From Candidatus Saccharimonadota bacterium (GTDB lineage Bacteria; Patescibacteriota; Saccharimonadia; Saccharimonadales; JACOTW01): 64,000 bases of DNA. The translations under genes were made by a program, and so were the position numbers. This document shows positions 1 to 8,990 of this stretch, one piece after another. Position 1 is the first letter of the stretch. Every line of letters starts with the position of its first letter. The stretch lies in contig JACOTW010000001.1 in assembly GCA_016178135.1 (NCBI GenBank), positions 228-64,227 of the forward strand, read 5' to 3'. The notes under the pieces are model-generated. The model ran no database searches. It was not told the DNA's origin and worked only from the letters and a program-made list of their open reading frames with translations.

Positions 1-51
1 GGCATCCGCCGCATAAAAGCAGTCTTACAATAGGGCTTGACCAAAATCCTC

Positions 52-60
52 GGGGGGGGG
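52..60 (+). repeat. G9 homopolymer upstream of the tail-fibre-like/SGNH gene
   Basis: CGGGGGGGGG at 51-60, between a TTGACC (37-42) and AT-rich -10-like hexamers (71-76, 99-104). Confidence 0.8.
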
Positions 61-106
61 TAAACTCACATATAAAGGATAAGCATAAAAGAGGTGTATA
101 TATTCC

Positions 107-1768
107 ATGGCGAGACTTCCAACTCCTGGTTCAGATAATGGTACTTGGGGAGGCATCCTAAACGACTTCCTCTCCCAATCCCATAACAGTGACGGGTCAT
201 TAAAATTGAGTGCAGTCAGCGCAAGCGGTGGTGCGGCTACCGATGCTTCTGTTGTCCACAACACGGGCGCTGAAACCATTGCAGGAGTCAAAACATTCTC
301 CTCTGCACCTGTGGTACCATCTGCCTCATTCCCGGAAAGCGCTGTCACGAACCTGACGACTAACTTATCTTCCAAGATAGACAAGTCCACAGCCACGACA
401 AAGGGAGACTTGTTTGCTGCTACTACAGCCAGTACCATTGTCCGTGTGGGTGTCGGGACGGATGGACAGATCCTGACGGCAGACAACGCTTCAAGCCCTG
501 GTGTGAAGTGGGCAGCAGCACCGACACCCCCGGTAACGAGTGTTGTTGGCCAGACGGGTGTGATTACGGGGGCGCAGATCGCGGGGGATGGAGCGCTTAC
601 CGGTACGTATGTGCCAAAAGCACGCGCAACATTTCCATCGGGGCGTATTGTCGGATGGGCTGGTGCCTCAACCACCAACGGATCGTCCTCATCTAATACA
701 ACCGTATATTCTTTCCGTGTGGCAGTAAATAAAATTTCTGGATCAGCACGAGTTGCAGGTAACAGTATTAATGGCGGCGTACCGAGTGAGACTTCAACGC
801 AGATCACCGCACGCATTGGAGGTATCATAACCTCTGGTGCGCAGATAGTAGTGATTTGCCCCGACTTTGGTACAAACAGCGCGGGCTCAAGTATTACCCT
901 GGCTCAATTTCAAACCGACATAATTACCTGTGTCACTACTGCCCGGGCAAGTGGCGTACCGGTTATTATTTGCACTACTTTACCACGGGGATCAAGCGCT
1001 GCAGCATCAATACACATCCTCCTGCAAACCTATAATCTCTGGCTACGCGCATGGGCACCGGTAAATGGCGTACCACTGGCTGATACCTTCGGTGCGGTAG
1101 TAGACCGCACGACTGGTTATCTGGCGGCAGCATATGACTCCGGCGATGGTACGCATCCGAATGATGCAGGACACTTAGCAATAGCACAGGCTATCGCGCC
1201 TCAGATCAACGCACTCTATACACTGCCGCCGTGGCCAGTACAATCTCCTGAGCCAGGTATCGGGCTGATCGCCAACCCGCTCATCGACGGGGCGGGCCCA
1301 AATACGTGGACAAACCTCAACGGCTCCTTCGCTAGCCCTACCTTCAGCATCGTGAATTCATCCGGGTCGGACGGGCTGCCGGCTGGACGCTGGCAGGCGA
1401 TGCAACTCGACGGCGTCGGCACTGGCGGCAGTGGCTACCGAAATATGACCAAAGGGATCAGCTCCTCCGGCTGGGCCGTGGGTGACACGTTGCTCTGCTG
1501 CTCATACGTCAAATGCTCAGACGCGAACGGGGTAGGACTCAAACTTCAGTGGCTCAACTCCAGCACCGCCGGTATTGGCATAATACTCGAGACATCTCTG
1601 ACAGGGACACCCGGTCCGATCATGTCGAAATTTGTCATCCCGGCGGGGACGACGGGCCTTTATCTCGCGCTGTCTGGCAGCGCCACCAGCGCCCAGAACG
1701 TCACCTTTTATATCGGCGCTACGCAGGTTTATAATTTGACGACACTTGGCCTTGCCTCGGCATTTTAA
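107..1768 (+). CDS. Tail-fibre-like N-terminal region fused to an SGNH/GDSL-type hydrolase and a beta-rich C-terminal (binding-like) domain; compositionally foreign
   Basis: 553-aa ORF. The N-terminal strings LPTPGSDNGTWGGILNDFL, GAETIAGVKTF and KGDLFAATTASTIVRVGVGTDGQILTAD resemble actinobacterial/actinophage tail-fibre proteins. Central AGNSI, GTN and DGTHPNDAGH blocks fit SGNH hydrolases. The region is visibly far more GC-rich than the rest of the window. Confidence 0.6.
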   Translation: MARLPTPGSDNGTWGGILNDFLSQSHNSDGSLKLSAVSASGGAATDASVVHNTGAETIAGVKTFSSAPVVPSASFPESAVTNLTTNLSSKIDKSTATTKGDLFAATTASTIVRVGVGTDGQILTADNASSPGVKWAAAPTPPVTSVVGQTGVITGAQIAGDGALTGTYVPKARATFPSGRIVGWAGASTTNGSSSSNTTVYSFRVAVNKISGSARVAGNSINGGVPSETSTQITARIGGIITSGAQIVVICPDFGTNSAGSSITLAQFQTDIITCVTTARASGVPVIICTTLPRGSSAAASIHILLQTYNLWLRAWAPVNGVPLADTFGAVVDRTTGYLAAAYDSGDGTHPNDAGHLAIAQAIAPQINALYTLPPWPVQSPEPGIGLIANPLIDGAGPNTWTNLNGSFASPTFSIVNSSGSDGLPAGRWQAMQLDGVGTGGSGYRNMTKGISSSGWAVGDTLLCCSYVKCSDANGVGLKLQWLNSSTAGIGIILETSLTGTPGPIMSKFVIPAGTTGLYLALSGSATSAQNVTFYIGATQVYNLTTLGLASAF

Positions 1769-1812
1769 CTAAGTATATGGTTCATTTGCCACGCTCAATT
1801 TGAAGTCAATTT

Positions 1813-2112
1813 GGAGGACGTTCCTCTAACAGAGAAAGATGATTGTTAGTTTCGCTGACTGTCCAGAGGTTTCTAGAGGACAGTCCTCTAACAGGGAGGG
1901 GATTATTGCGTACTAGTGATCAGTAAGTTCATATTTGATACTTGCAAGTAGGTTACGATGCTGTTCATAGTCGTGTAAGAATAACTTATAGTCCTCGGCA
2001 CCGCTGAATAATTCTAAAATTCTGGCCGGCTTTATCCATAATTCAACTATTTATCATCTGTTAGAAACCAGTCCTCTAGAACCCCTCTAGAACACTGTCC
2101 TCTAGAATCCCT
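1813..2112. repeat. Field of GTCCTCTA(G/A)A repeats (direct and inverted) at the boundary of the GC-rich segment
   Basis: TTCCTCTAACAG (~1821), TCTAGAGGAC (~1872), GTCCTCTAACAG (~1883), GTCCTCTAGAAC (~2071), CCCTCTAGAAC (~2083) and GTCCTCTAGAAT (~2097). Confidence 0.7.
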
Positions 2113-2171
2113 ATATCCTTAGATACGTCGACGGAGAGCAGACAGGTTTTGGACACTTTGGCGCGGAGTGA

Positions 2172-2197
2172 ATTGGTTATTTTGTTTTGGAATGGCT
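2172..2197 (+). repeat. PE-C right-end fragment
   Basis: TTGGTTATTTTGTTTTGGAATGGCTA. Confidence 0.6.
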
Positions 2198-2291
2198 ATA
2201 TAGTGACGCCGAGAAAATATAAACAGTTTGCAGTCAGTTAGACTACGATCTTTTACTGTATGAAAGTGCGAAAGTCCTATAAAGTAAACAT

Positions 2292-2597
2292 ATGACTCAA
2301 ACAATAGCTAATGGTGTAGTACATGACGTACCAGCTGATTTACTAAAAGCTCTGCTATCTGACGAATCTGCCCTGGAAAGGTGGGAAGATCTAACACCGT
2401 TGTCACGAAACGAGTGGATTTGTTGGACTATTACAGTTAAACAACCCAAAACACGCATAAATCACATCGAGAGAACCATCACGGAGCTACGGGAGGGCAA
2501 ACGTCGCCCTTGTTGCTGGGCTGGCTGCCCTCACCGTACAGACAAGCCAATAAACTCAACTCAAAAATGGGTATTTAGTAAGCAATCGAGCAAATAG
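2292..2597 (+). CDS. YdeI/OmpD-associated family protein
   Basis: LTPLSRNEWICWTITVKQPKTRINHIERTITELREGKRRPCCWAGCPHR matches the family signature. The promoter-like motif AAGTCCTATAAA lies 8 nt upstream of the ATG. Confidence 0.7.
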   Translation: MTQTIANGVVHDVPADLLKALLSDESALERWEDLTPLSRNEWICWTITVKQPKTRINHIERTITELREGKRRPCCWAGCPHRTDKPINSTQKWVFSKQSSK

Positions 2598-2616
2598 GGT
2601 CTGCTACAATAAAACT

Positions 2617-2823
2617 ATGCAAAAAATAGCTACAAAAGTTTTCATCTGTGCCTCTGTATTATTCGGTATCTTGGGAATATTTATGGCAATGTCCGGTATA
2701 GATCCAGATAATAATGGCAGCACACTACAGCAAATTGTTGGGAAGCTTTTTCTGAGCACTATTTTCGTTATTTTGCCATCGTTTGCACTTAGCATTGCAG
2801 GCAAATATTTAAAAAGTAAGTAG
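2617..2823 (+). CDS. Small membrane protein (two predicted TM helices)
   Basis: 68-aa hydrophobic ORF in the same orientation as, and tightly spaced with, its neighbours. No recognisable family. Confidence 0.4.
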   Translation: MQKIATKVFICASVLFGILGIFMAMSGIDPDNNGSTLQQIVGKLFLSTIFVILPSFALSIAGKYLKSK

Positions 2824-2830
2824 GACGACT

Positions 2831-3289
2831 ATGAAACGAATTACACCTAACCTATGGTTTGACGGCAATGCCAAAGAGGCAGTGGATTTTTATGTATCTG
2901 TTTTCCCTAAGAGTAAGATAACTTCGACAATTTATTATCCAAAAACCAAAGAAGAAGGCTTGGCTGATTTTCAACTAGAGTTGGCAGGCAAAGCTTTGAC
3001 TATTGAGTTTGAACTAAGCGGCAACCCCTTTGTGGCTATCAACGCTGGCCCAGAGTTTAAGTTCAATGAGTCCGTGTCTTTTTCTATACCATGTAAAGAC
3101 CAGGACGAGATTGACTACTACTGGGGGAAACTTTCAAAAGTACCAGAAAGCGAGCAATGTGGTTGGTGCAAAGACCAGTATGGGCTGAGCTGGCAAATAG
3201 TACCGGAAAACATGGAAGAGTTGATGAAGCGTCCAAATGCCTACGCCAAGATGATGGAAATGCATAAGCTCGTTATTGCCGACTTTTAA
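2831..3289 (+). CDS. VOC-superfamily PhnB-like protein (3-demethylubiquinone-9 3-methyltransferase-like domain)
   Basis: N-terminus MKRITPNLWFDGNAKEAVDFYVSVF and C-terminal CGWCKDQYGLSWQIVP are typical of this family. Confidence 0.75.
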   Translation: MKRITPNLWFDGNAKEAVDFYVSVFPKSKITSTIYYPKTKEEGLADFQLELAGKALTIEFELSGNPFVAINAGPEFKFNESVSFSIPCKDQDEIDYYWGKLSKVPESEQCGWCKDQYGLSWQIVPENMEELMKRPNAYAKMMEMHKLVIADF

Positions 3290-3493
3290 TATGATGTTTT
3301 GGTATACTGGATTTATGGAGAATAAGGTTCGACCTTGAAAGGTGTCAGTCGCTGCAATCTACCTTACGTCTGCTAGTTCGTACTTAATACTTTCCAACAT
3401 TGCTTTATGGTTCTCGTAGTCTTCCAGGGGTGCTTATAAATATACAAGGTTTACCGTATAATATTTCGCATGAGCGATGATCAATTCACTTTA

Positions 3494-3651
3494 CTGGACT
3501 TGCGCAAAGCTCCCCCATCCCCAGACCAACTAATCTCGGCTGGCGGCGGTTTGCCTTCTATCGATGTAGCTAAAGCTACCTTTCCTTCAGTCAAACCACT
3601 CTCAGCTCGAGCTGATTTGCCCTGGGAACGGGTGATTTCGCCTAAGTCCAG
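3494..3651 (+). mobile_element. PE-A palindromic MITE-like element, full copy (gamma subtype)
   Basis: TIRs CTGGACTTGCGCAAA and a mismatched right TIR TTTCGCCTAAGTCCAG flank a near-palindromic core. Flanks are TTTA/TAAA. Confidence 0.85.
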
Positions 3652-3702
3652 TAAAGTACCAGAAAAAAGCGGGCCCACCCTAGTTACTGTGAGCAAAGAC
3701 AC

Positions 3703-4266
3703 ATGAACTCGCAACAAGTTGTTGATCAGGCTAAGGCGAAATTTACCCAAGCCCAGAGTCATTTTCTGGAAGAGTTGAAGAAGCTACGTACCGGACGCGC
3801 TCATCCAAGCATGCTTGATGGAGTAATGATAGAAGCCTACGGCACGGAAATGCCCCTAATCCAGGTGGGGACAGTTAGCACGCCGGAGCCACAGCTACTG
3901 CAAATTACGCCGTTTGATCCAAACAACCTGCAAGCTATATCGACGGCCATTCGCAATACTCAAAATTTGGGTATGAACCCAATGGACGATGGGCGGGTAG
4001 TCCGCGTACCCATTCCGCCGTTGAACGAAGAACGTAGGCATGATTTCGTCAAGCTACTCGGAACCAGAGTAGAGGATTGCATGGTTAGTTTGCGTAATAT
4101 TCGCCACGATGCAATTAGAGATATTGACCAGGCCAAAAAAGCTAAACTAATTGGCGAAGATGACGCTAAACGTCTGGAAAAACAAATCGATGATGCTATG
4201 AGTCAGGCCAAAAAAGAAGTTGAGGTGCAGGCCAAAACCAAAGAACAAGAAATCACGACCCTATAA
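3703..4266 (+). CDS. frr: Ribosome recycling factor
   Basis: 187 aa with full-length RRF-like sequence (LRTGRAHPSMLDGVMIEAYG, RVPIPPLNEERR). Confidence 0.95.
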   Translation: MNSQQVVDQAKAKFTQAQSHFLEELKKLRTGRAHPSMLDGVMIEAYGTEMPLIQVGTVSTPEPQLLQITPFDPNNLQAISTAIRNTQNLGMNPMDDGRVVRVPIPPLNEERRHDFVKLLGTRVEDCMVSLRNIRHDAIRDIDQAKKAKLIGEDDAKRLEKQIDDAMSQAKKEVEVQAKTKEQEITTL

Positions 4267-4596
4267 CCTACAAAGTTTTCCCATCCACTGATCCCGCGCC
4301 AATCTTACTAAATTCGACATATGTAGAATTTACTAAGATTGGCTGGAATTACGTGAAATCGTTTGGGGTAAGCTAGTTACAACCGTTGATAGTTGTGGTC
4401 ATTGATAAGTTGCCCGTTGATAAGTTGTAGCTGTTGATAGCTTTATTCTTCCCATCTGAACAGTCTACCTTCTATCTGAACAGTCTATCTTTCCGGTAGT
4501 GTTCGGGTTCGGATTAGAGTTCAGAGTTGCAGCCTGTTGTGTTACCGCAGTCTATTGCCTACGAAAAATTATAAAAGTCCTATATAATGAATGAAC

Positions 4597-5292
4597 ATGT
4601 CAGAGACTAACACCGTTCCGGTTCACCTCGGATTGATACTCGATGGTAATCGCCGCTGGGCAAAGGCCAATGGTCTGCCGGCTTTTGAAGGTCATCGTAG
4701 AGGCTATGAAAACCTAAAAACCATAGGCAAGACCGCCATTAAACGTGGTGTTAAGTATATTTCAGCCTATGTATTTTCTACAGAAAATTGGCAGCGTAGT
4801 AAGGAAGAAGTGGACTATCTCATGAAACTTCTTTTGTGGGTTGCCAAACACGAAGTTGCGGAGATGAATAAAGACGGCATACGCGTAAGGTTCATGGGTA
4901 GTCGGGATAGATTGAGTGCCAAGATTTTAAGAGCCATAGACGAAGCTGAAATTAAAACCAAAGATAACGTCAACGGCACTCTAGCCTTATGTTTGAATTA
5001 TGGTGGTCGGCAGGAGATAGTCGAAGCTTTTCAGAAAATGGCTGCTAACGATATCGCCACTAATGCTATAAACGAACAAACGATAGCCGATAATTTATAC
5101 CAACCAGACATTCCTCCAGTCGATCTGATTATCAGAACTTCTGGCGAACAGCGTATTAGTAATTTTATGTTATGGCGGGCGGCTTATAGCGAACTTTATT
5201 TTACTGATGTTCACTGGCCAGATTTTAATGAAGCAGAACTAGATAAGGCGCTTGAGGAATACGCTGCGCGCCACAGAAGGTATGGTAAGTAG
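4597..5292 (+). CDS. uppS: Undecaprenyl-diphosphate synthase
   Basis: HLGLILDGNRRWAKANGL and IRTSGEQRISNFMLWRAAYSELYF motifs. The ORF opens at 4591, but a TATAAT at 4583-4588 favours a leaderless ATG at 4597. Confidence 0.9.
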   Translation: MSETNTVPVHLGLILDGNRRWAKANGLPAFEGHRRGYENLKTIGKTAIKRGVKYISAYVFSTENWQRSKEEVDYLMKLLLWVAKHEVAEMNKDGIRVRFMGSRDRLSAKILRAIDEAEIKTKDNVNGTLALCLNYGGRQEIVEAFQKMAANDIATNAINEQTIADNLYQPDIPPVDLIIRTSGEQRISNFMLWRAAYSELYFTDVHWPDFNEAELDKALEEYAARHRRYGK

Positions 5293-6429
5293 ATGCACAT
5301 ATTACTATTGATTTTGGGCTTAATATTATTTATCAGCTTGGTTGTCGTGCATGAACTGGGGCATTTTATTGTGGCGCGACGCAATGGGGTAGAGGTAGAA
5401 GAATTTGGGATTTTCTTCCCCCCTCGTATCTGGAAAAAACGTATCAAAAGCAAAAAGGGCGATTATGACTTCACGATCAACGCACTACCTTTGGGCGGCT
5501 TTGTAAAACTAAAGGGTGAGCTTGATTCTGATACGTCGCCAGGTAGTTTTGGGGCAGCAAAACTATGGCCAAAGGTAAAAATCATGCTAGCTGGTGTAAC
5601 TATGAATTTACTCGCGGCTTTTGTGATTCTGACTTTTACGGCTTTAGTGGGTATTCCGAAACTTATTGATAAGCAGTTTACGGTAAATAGTGATACTCGA
5701 CTAACGAAGCATGCGATACTGATTGGTTATGTTGATCCGCATTCTCCAGCCCAGCAGGCCGGCTTACGTGTTCGTGATCAATTAATTAGTATAGGACTTT
5801 CGGGACAGAGCCAAAATACGATCAATACTCCGGAAAGCTTGCCAAAACTTACTAGGCTATACGCAGGTAAAGACGTAGAGGTTAGGTATCAGCGCAACGA
5901 TAAAATATCAAGTGCCATTTTGCGCCTACGTTCTACACAAGAAGTTGATAATAGTAAAAATACTAACGAACCCAAGGGTTATTTAGGGGTTTCGCCGACA
6001 GAATACGCCCTAAGGCGATCTACTTGGTCGGCGCCAATTGTTGCCGGCGGGCTGATCGAGCAGCTTACCGAATTGACATTTCAAGGTCTCGGCACGATTA
6101 TTGCTAATCTGTTTAGGGGTAATGTTCATGAAGCATCGCAGCAAGTTTCTGGCCCGGTCGGTATTTACGTTATTTTAAGAGACGGCAGTTTGCTTGGCTA
6201 TCAATTTATATTGATGATTATTGCTATAATTTCACTCACGCTTGCGATTATGAACGTTCTGCCGATTCCAGCGCTTGACGGTGGTAGATTGTTTGTAACA
6301 CTTGCTTTTAGAATATCTAAAAAACCTCTTAGTCAGCGTACCGAAGAACTAATTCATGGCACTGGCTTTGTCTTGCTGCTGGCTTTGTTCGCGCTTATTA
6401 CATTTGTAGATGTCGGGCGATTTTTTTAA
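5293..6429 (+). CDS. rseP: Site-2 (M50) zinc metalloprotease RseP family
   Basis: HELGHF zinc motif in the first TM helix, a central PDZ-like segment and a C-terminal LPIPALDGG motif. Confidence 0.9.
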   Translation: MHILLLILGLILFISLVVVHELGHFIVARRNGVEVEEFGIFFPPRIWKKRIKSKKGDYDFTINALPLGGFVKLKGELDSDTSPGSFGAAKLWPKVKIMLAGVTMNLLAAFVILTFTALVGIPKLIDKQFTVNSDTRLTKHAILIGYVDPHSPAQQAGLRVRDQLISIGLSGQSQNTINTPESLPKLTRLYAGKDVEVRYQRNDKISSAILRLRSTQEVDNSKNTNEPKGYLGVSPTEYALRRSTWSAPIVAGGLIEQLTELTFQGLGTIIANLFRGNVHEASQQVSGPVGIYVILRDGSLLGYQFILMIIAIISLTLAIMNVLPIPALDGGRLFVTLAFRISKKPLSQRTEELIHGTGFVLLLALFALITFVDVGRFF

Positions 6430-6433
6430 TTGT

Positions 6434-7237
6434 ATGAAAAAAACTTTGAGAAAATTATATCTGCGTAAGTCGAGTTTATCCGACTTACGCAAAACTATCT
6501 CATTCCCAGATCAATTCAATCCAGCGCTGGTCATTTTAGTTACTATTGGCGTTTATTTCGCTGCTCAAATTATCGGCGGTACATTAATTTCGATTTACCC
6601 AATTGTTCGAAGATGGGATAGGGTTCAAACTATGGATTGGCTAAGCAATTCATTGGTAGCGCAATTTTTTACAGTGGTTTTTATTTACGGATCAATATTG
6701 TTTTTGCTCCGTGTTTTTTTCAAAAAATACGGTGGTGGATTTCGGACTATAGGATTCAAGAAACCAAAATGGACGGATATGGGTTTTGCTTTGGCGGGCT
6801 ACGCCGCTTACATCGTGGCTTACATTGTTATTATAATATTAATTGGCCTGTTTATACCCGAGCTTAATCTTAACCAAAAACAGCAACTTGGGTTTTCTAC
6901 CGCCACAACTGGACCTGGCCTAATACTGATATTTATTAGTCTGGTAGTATTGCCGCCACTGGTTGAAGAATTATTAATGCGTGGTTTTTTGTACACCGGG
7001 CTAAGGGCTAGACTTCATAAAATGCCGTCGGCCATAATAACCAGTATTGTGTTTGCTGTTGGTCATCTACAGTGGGGCTCGGGTAACGCATTGCTCTGGA
7101 CTGCCGCAATAGACACTTTTATTTTGTCTATGGTGCTTGTTTATTTACGCGAACGAACCGGTGGCCTAGGGGCTTCGATTGGCTTACATATGATTAAAAA
7201 CTGCGTAGCGTTCGCGAGTTTGTTTATTTTGCGGTAG
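6434..7237 (+). CDS. CPBP family intramembrane glutamic endopeptidase (CAAX protease-like)
   Basis: Polytopic membrane protein with the EELLMRGF motif and later conserved H residues (FAVGH, IGLHMIKN). Confidence 0.8.
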   Translation: MKKTLRKLYLRKSSLSDLRKTISFPDQFNPALVILVTIGVYFAAQIIGGTLISIYPIVRRWDRVQTMDWLSNSLVAQFFTVVFIYGSILFLLRVFFKKYGGGFRTIGFKKPKWTDMGFALAGYAAYIVAYIVIIILIGLFIPELNLNQKQQLGFSTATTGPGLILIFISLVVLPPLVEELLMRGFLYTGLRARLHKMPSAIITSIVFAVGHLQWGSGNALLWTAAIDTFILSMVLVYLRERTGGLGASIGLHMIKNCVAFASLFILR

Positions 7238-7246
7238 AATTACCCC

Positions 7247-8668
7247 ATGTCCGATAAAAAACAACTACCACCTAAAACTGGCGATTTATCTGATTGGTAT
7301 ACTACGATTATTCAGTTGGCCGATTTAGCCGATTATGGTCCAGCAAAAGGTACAATGATAATTAAGCCTTATGGCTATGCTATTTGGGAGATGGTACAAC
7401 AGGCCATGAATCCTATCATTAAAGCTCGCGGTGTTGGTAACGCCTATTTTCCTTTATTGATTCCAATGAGCTTGCTTGAGAAAGAGGCTAGTCATGTTGA
7501 GGGGTTCGCTCCGGAGTTGGCTGTGGTTACTCATGGGGGTGGAGAAAAATTACAAGAGCCACTCGCCGTACGCCCAACTAGTGAAACGATTATGTATAAC
7601 TCGTTTGCCAAATGGGTTCAGTCGTGGCGGGATTTACCGATTTTAATGAATCAATGGAACAACGTTGTGCGTTGGGAAAAACGAACAATGCCATTTTTGC
7701 GTACTAGTGAATTTCTATGGCAAGAGGGACACACGGCACACGCTACCCATAAAGAAGCGATTGAGATCCAGAAATGGGCCATGGACATGTACGCTAAAAT
7801 CTACCAAGACTATTTTGCTATTGATGGCTACGTTGGGCTTAAGTCATCAACCGAGCGGTTTGCTGGTGCCGATACAACCTTGACCTACGAGACACTTATG
7901 CCAAGTGGTAAAGCCTTGCAGTCATGTACTTCACATGATCTGGGGCAGAATTTTTCTAAACCTTTTGAAATAACATTTCAGGACAACCAAGGCAATGATA
8001 GTTTTGTTTGGCAGACAAGCTGGGGTTTTAGCACCAGATCAATTGGTGGGCTGATCCTGGCTCATGGCGATGATAATGGCCTGCGTCTACCTCCGAAATT
8101 AGCACCAGTACAGGTTGTCATTGTACCTGTAAGGGTAGAGCCAGAGATAATGACCCATTGCCAAGAATTATTAGACAAACTCACGAAAGTTGGCATGCGA
8201 GTAGTTATAGATGACAGAGATGATGAAAGTTTTGGTTTTAGACTTAATAAGTGGGAGGTTAAAGGCACACCAATCATCTTAAAAATAGGTCAAAAAGAAG
8301 TTTCAGAAAGTGTTATTACGGTCAAAAGGCGCTTTGATGGAAAAGAAGACCAAGTTTCTACTAAAGAAGCAGCCGAAAAACTTCAGCAGTTACTTGAATC
8401 AATTCAGGTCATGATGTTTAAGGCCTCCCAGGATTTCATAGCAAGTAATACCCGAGAAGCCAAGGACTACGAGGAGTTCAAAAAGATATTGGCCGAGCAC
8501 AAAGGGTTCATCAGGGTCAATTGGAGTGATAATCCAGAAGTTGAAAAGCGAATTAAAGACGAAACCAAGGCAACCAGCCGTTGTTTGATCGCGGAAGATC
8601 AGCCAGGGCGGAACTTTGTAACTGGGGAACCTACTTCGCAGGTTTGGCTTTTTGCACAAAGTTATTGA
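7247..8668 (+). CDS. proS: Prolyl-tRNA synthetase, archaeal/eukaryote-like type
   Basis: 473 aa with class II aaRS motifs (RPTSET, FLRTSEFLWQEGHTAH, SWGFSTR). TAGAAT lies 6 nt upstream of the ATG. Confidence 0.95.
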   Translation: MSDKKQLPPKTGDLSDWYTTIIQLADLADYGPAKGTMIIKPYGYAIWEMVQQAMNPIIKARGVGNAYFPLLIPMSLLEKEASHVEGFAPELAVVTHGGGEKLQEPLAVRPTSETIMYNSFAKWVQSWRDLPILMNQWNNVVRWEKRTMPFLRTSEFLWQEGHTAHATHKEAIEIQKWAMDMYAKIYQDYFAIDGYVGLKSSTERFAGADTTLTYETLMPSGKALQSCTSHDLGQNFSKPFEITFQDNQGNDSFVWQTSWGFSTRSIGGLILAHGDDNGLRLPPKLAPVQVVIVPVRVEPEIMTHCQELLDKLTKVGMRVVIDDRDDESFGFRLNKWEVKGTPIILKIGQKEVSESVITVKRRFDGKEDQVSTKEAAEKLQQLLESIQVMMFKASQDFIASNTREAKDYEEFKKILAEHKGFIRVNWSDNPEVEKRIKDETKATSRCLIAEDQPGRNFVTGEPTSQVWLFAQSY

Positions 8669-8732
8669 TAACTGTTTTCGCACGACTTGAAGCAAGCAAG
8701 ATATCAATGGTAAAGTGCGAAATTCGTGTATA

Positions 8733-8932
8733 CTGGACCTGTCGCAAAATCGTCCGTTCCCAGAGTGAATTATCTCGCGCGAAAACTGTTTTGTCTGAAG
8801 GAGAGGTAGCCTTAGCTACATTGAGAGAAGAAAAACCGTTTGTCTTCGACTCTGAGGTGAGCCCTCAGGCTCAGACTCGAAGAGTAGCCGATAGAATTCG
8901 ATCTGGGGATGGAGGAGTTTGCGTAAATCCAG
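8733..8932 (-). mobile_element. PE-A element (beta subtype), reverse orientation, carrying a nested PE-S hairpin
   Basis: TIRs CTGGACCTGTCGCAAA/TTTGCGTAAATCCAG with a perfect 4-bp TSD (TATA/TATA). It is the only full copy in reverse orientation. Confidence 0.85.
8843..8883. repeat. PE-S 41-42-bp hairpin element nested in PE-A
   Basis: TCTTCGACTCTGAG...CTCAGACTCGAAGA. The same insert recurs at 33971-34012 and at about 63970 to the window end, at the same position within PE-A. Confidence 0.7.
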
Positions 8933-8990
8933 TATACTAAAACGCAGGTTTTGAGAGACTAAAAGTTCTAAACGGAGTTAATCATAGATT

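Noticed and set aside
25-828. A 267-aa minus-strand ORF overlaps the first gene.
   Set aside because: It is an antisense shadow ORF produced by the high GC content. It has low-complexity Pro/Ala/Val-rich composition and no motifs, whereas the + strand ORF has recognisable domains.
3300-3420. A GGTTCGACC string and other TTCGA-containing spots could be tRNA T-arms. Intergenic regions were also scanned for rRNA, tmRNA, RNase P and SRP cores.
   Set aside because: The stems and loops do not fit a tRNA cloverleaf (4-bp stem, 5-nt loop, no acceptor pairing). No GGAAAGUCC P4 context, tmRNA tag/T-arm or SRP GGAA motif was found. Formal tRNAscan-SE/Infernal runs are still needed.
3470-3762. ORFs lie entirely or mostly within PE-A copies (3470-3706, 3481-3762, 8581-8940, 20771-21070, 31330-31728, 36171-36446, 46923-47183, 46928-47293, 62097-62339, 62179-62391).
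   Set aside because: They are translations of the repeat itself and occur on both strands of the same element. They are not called as genes. Their open frames are discussed as a property of the element.
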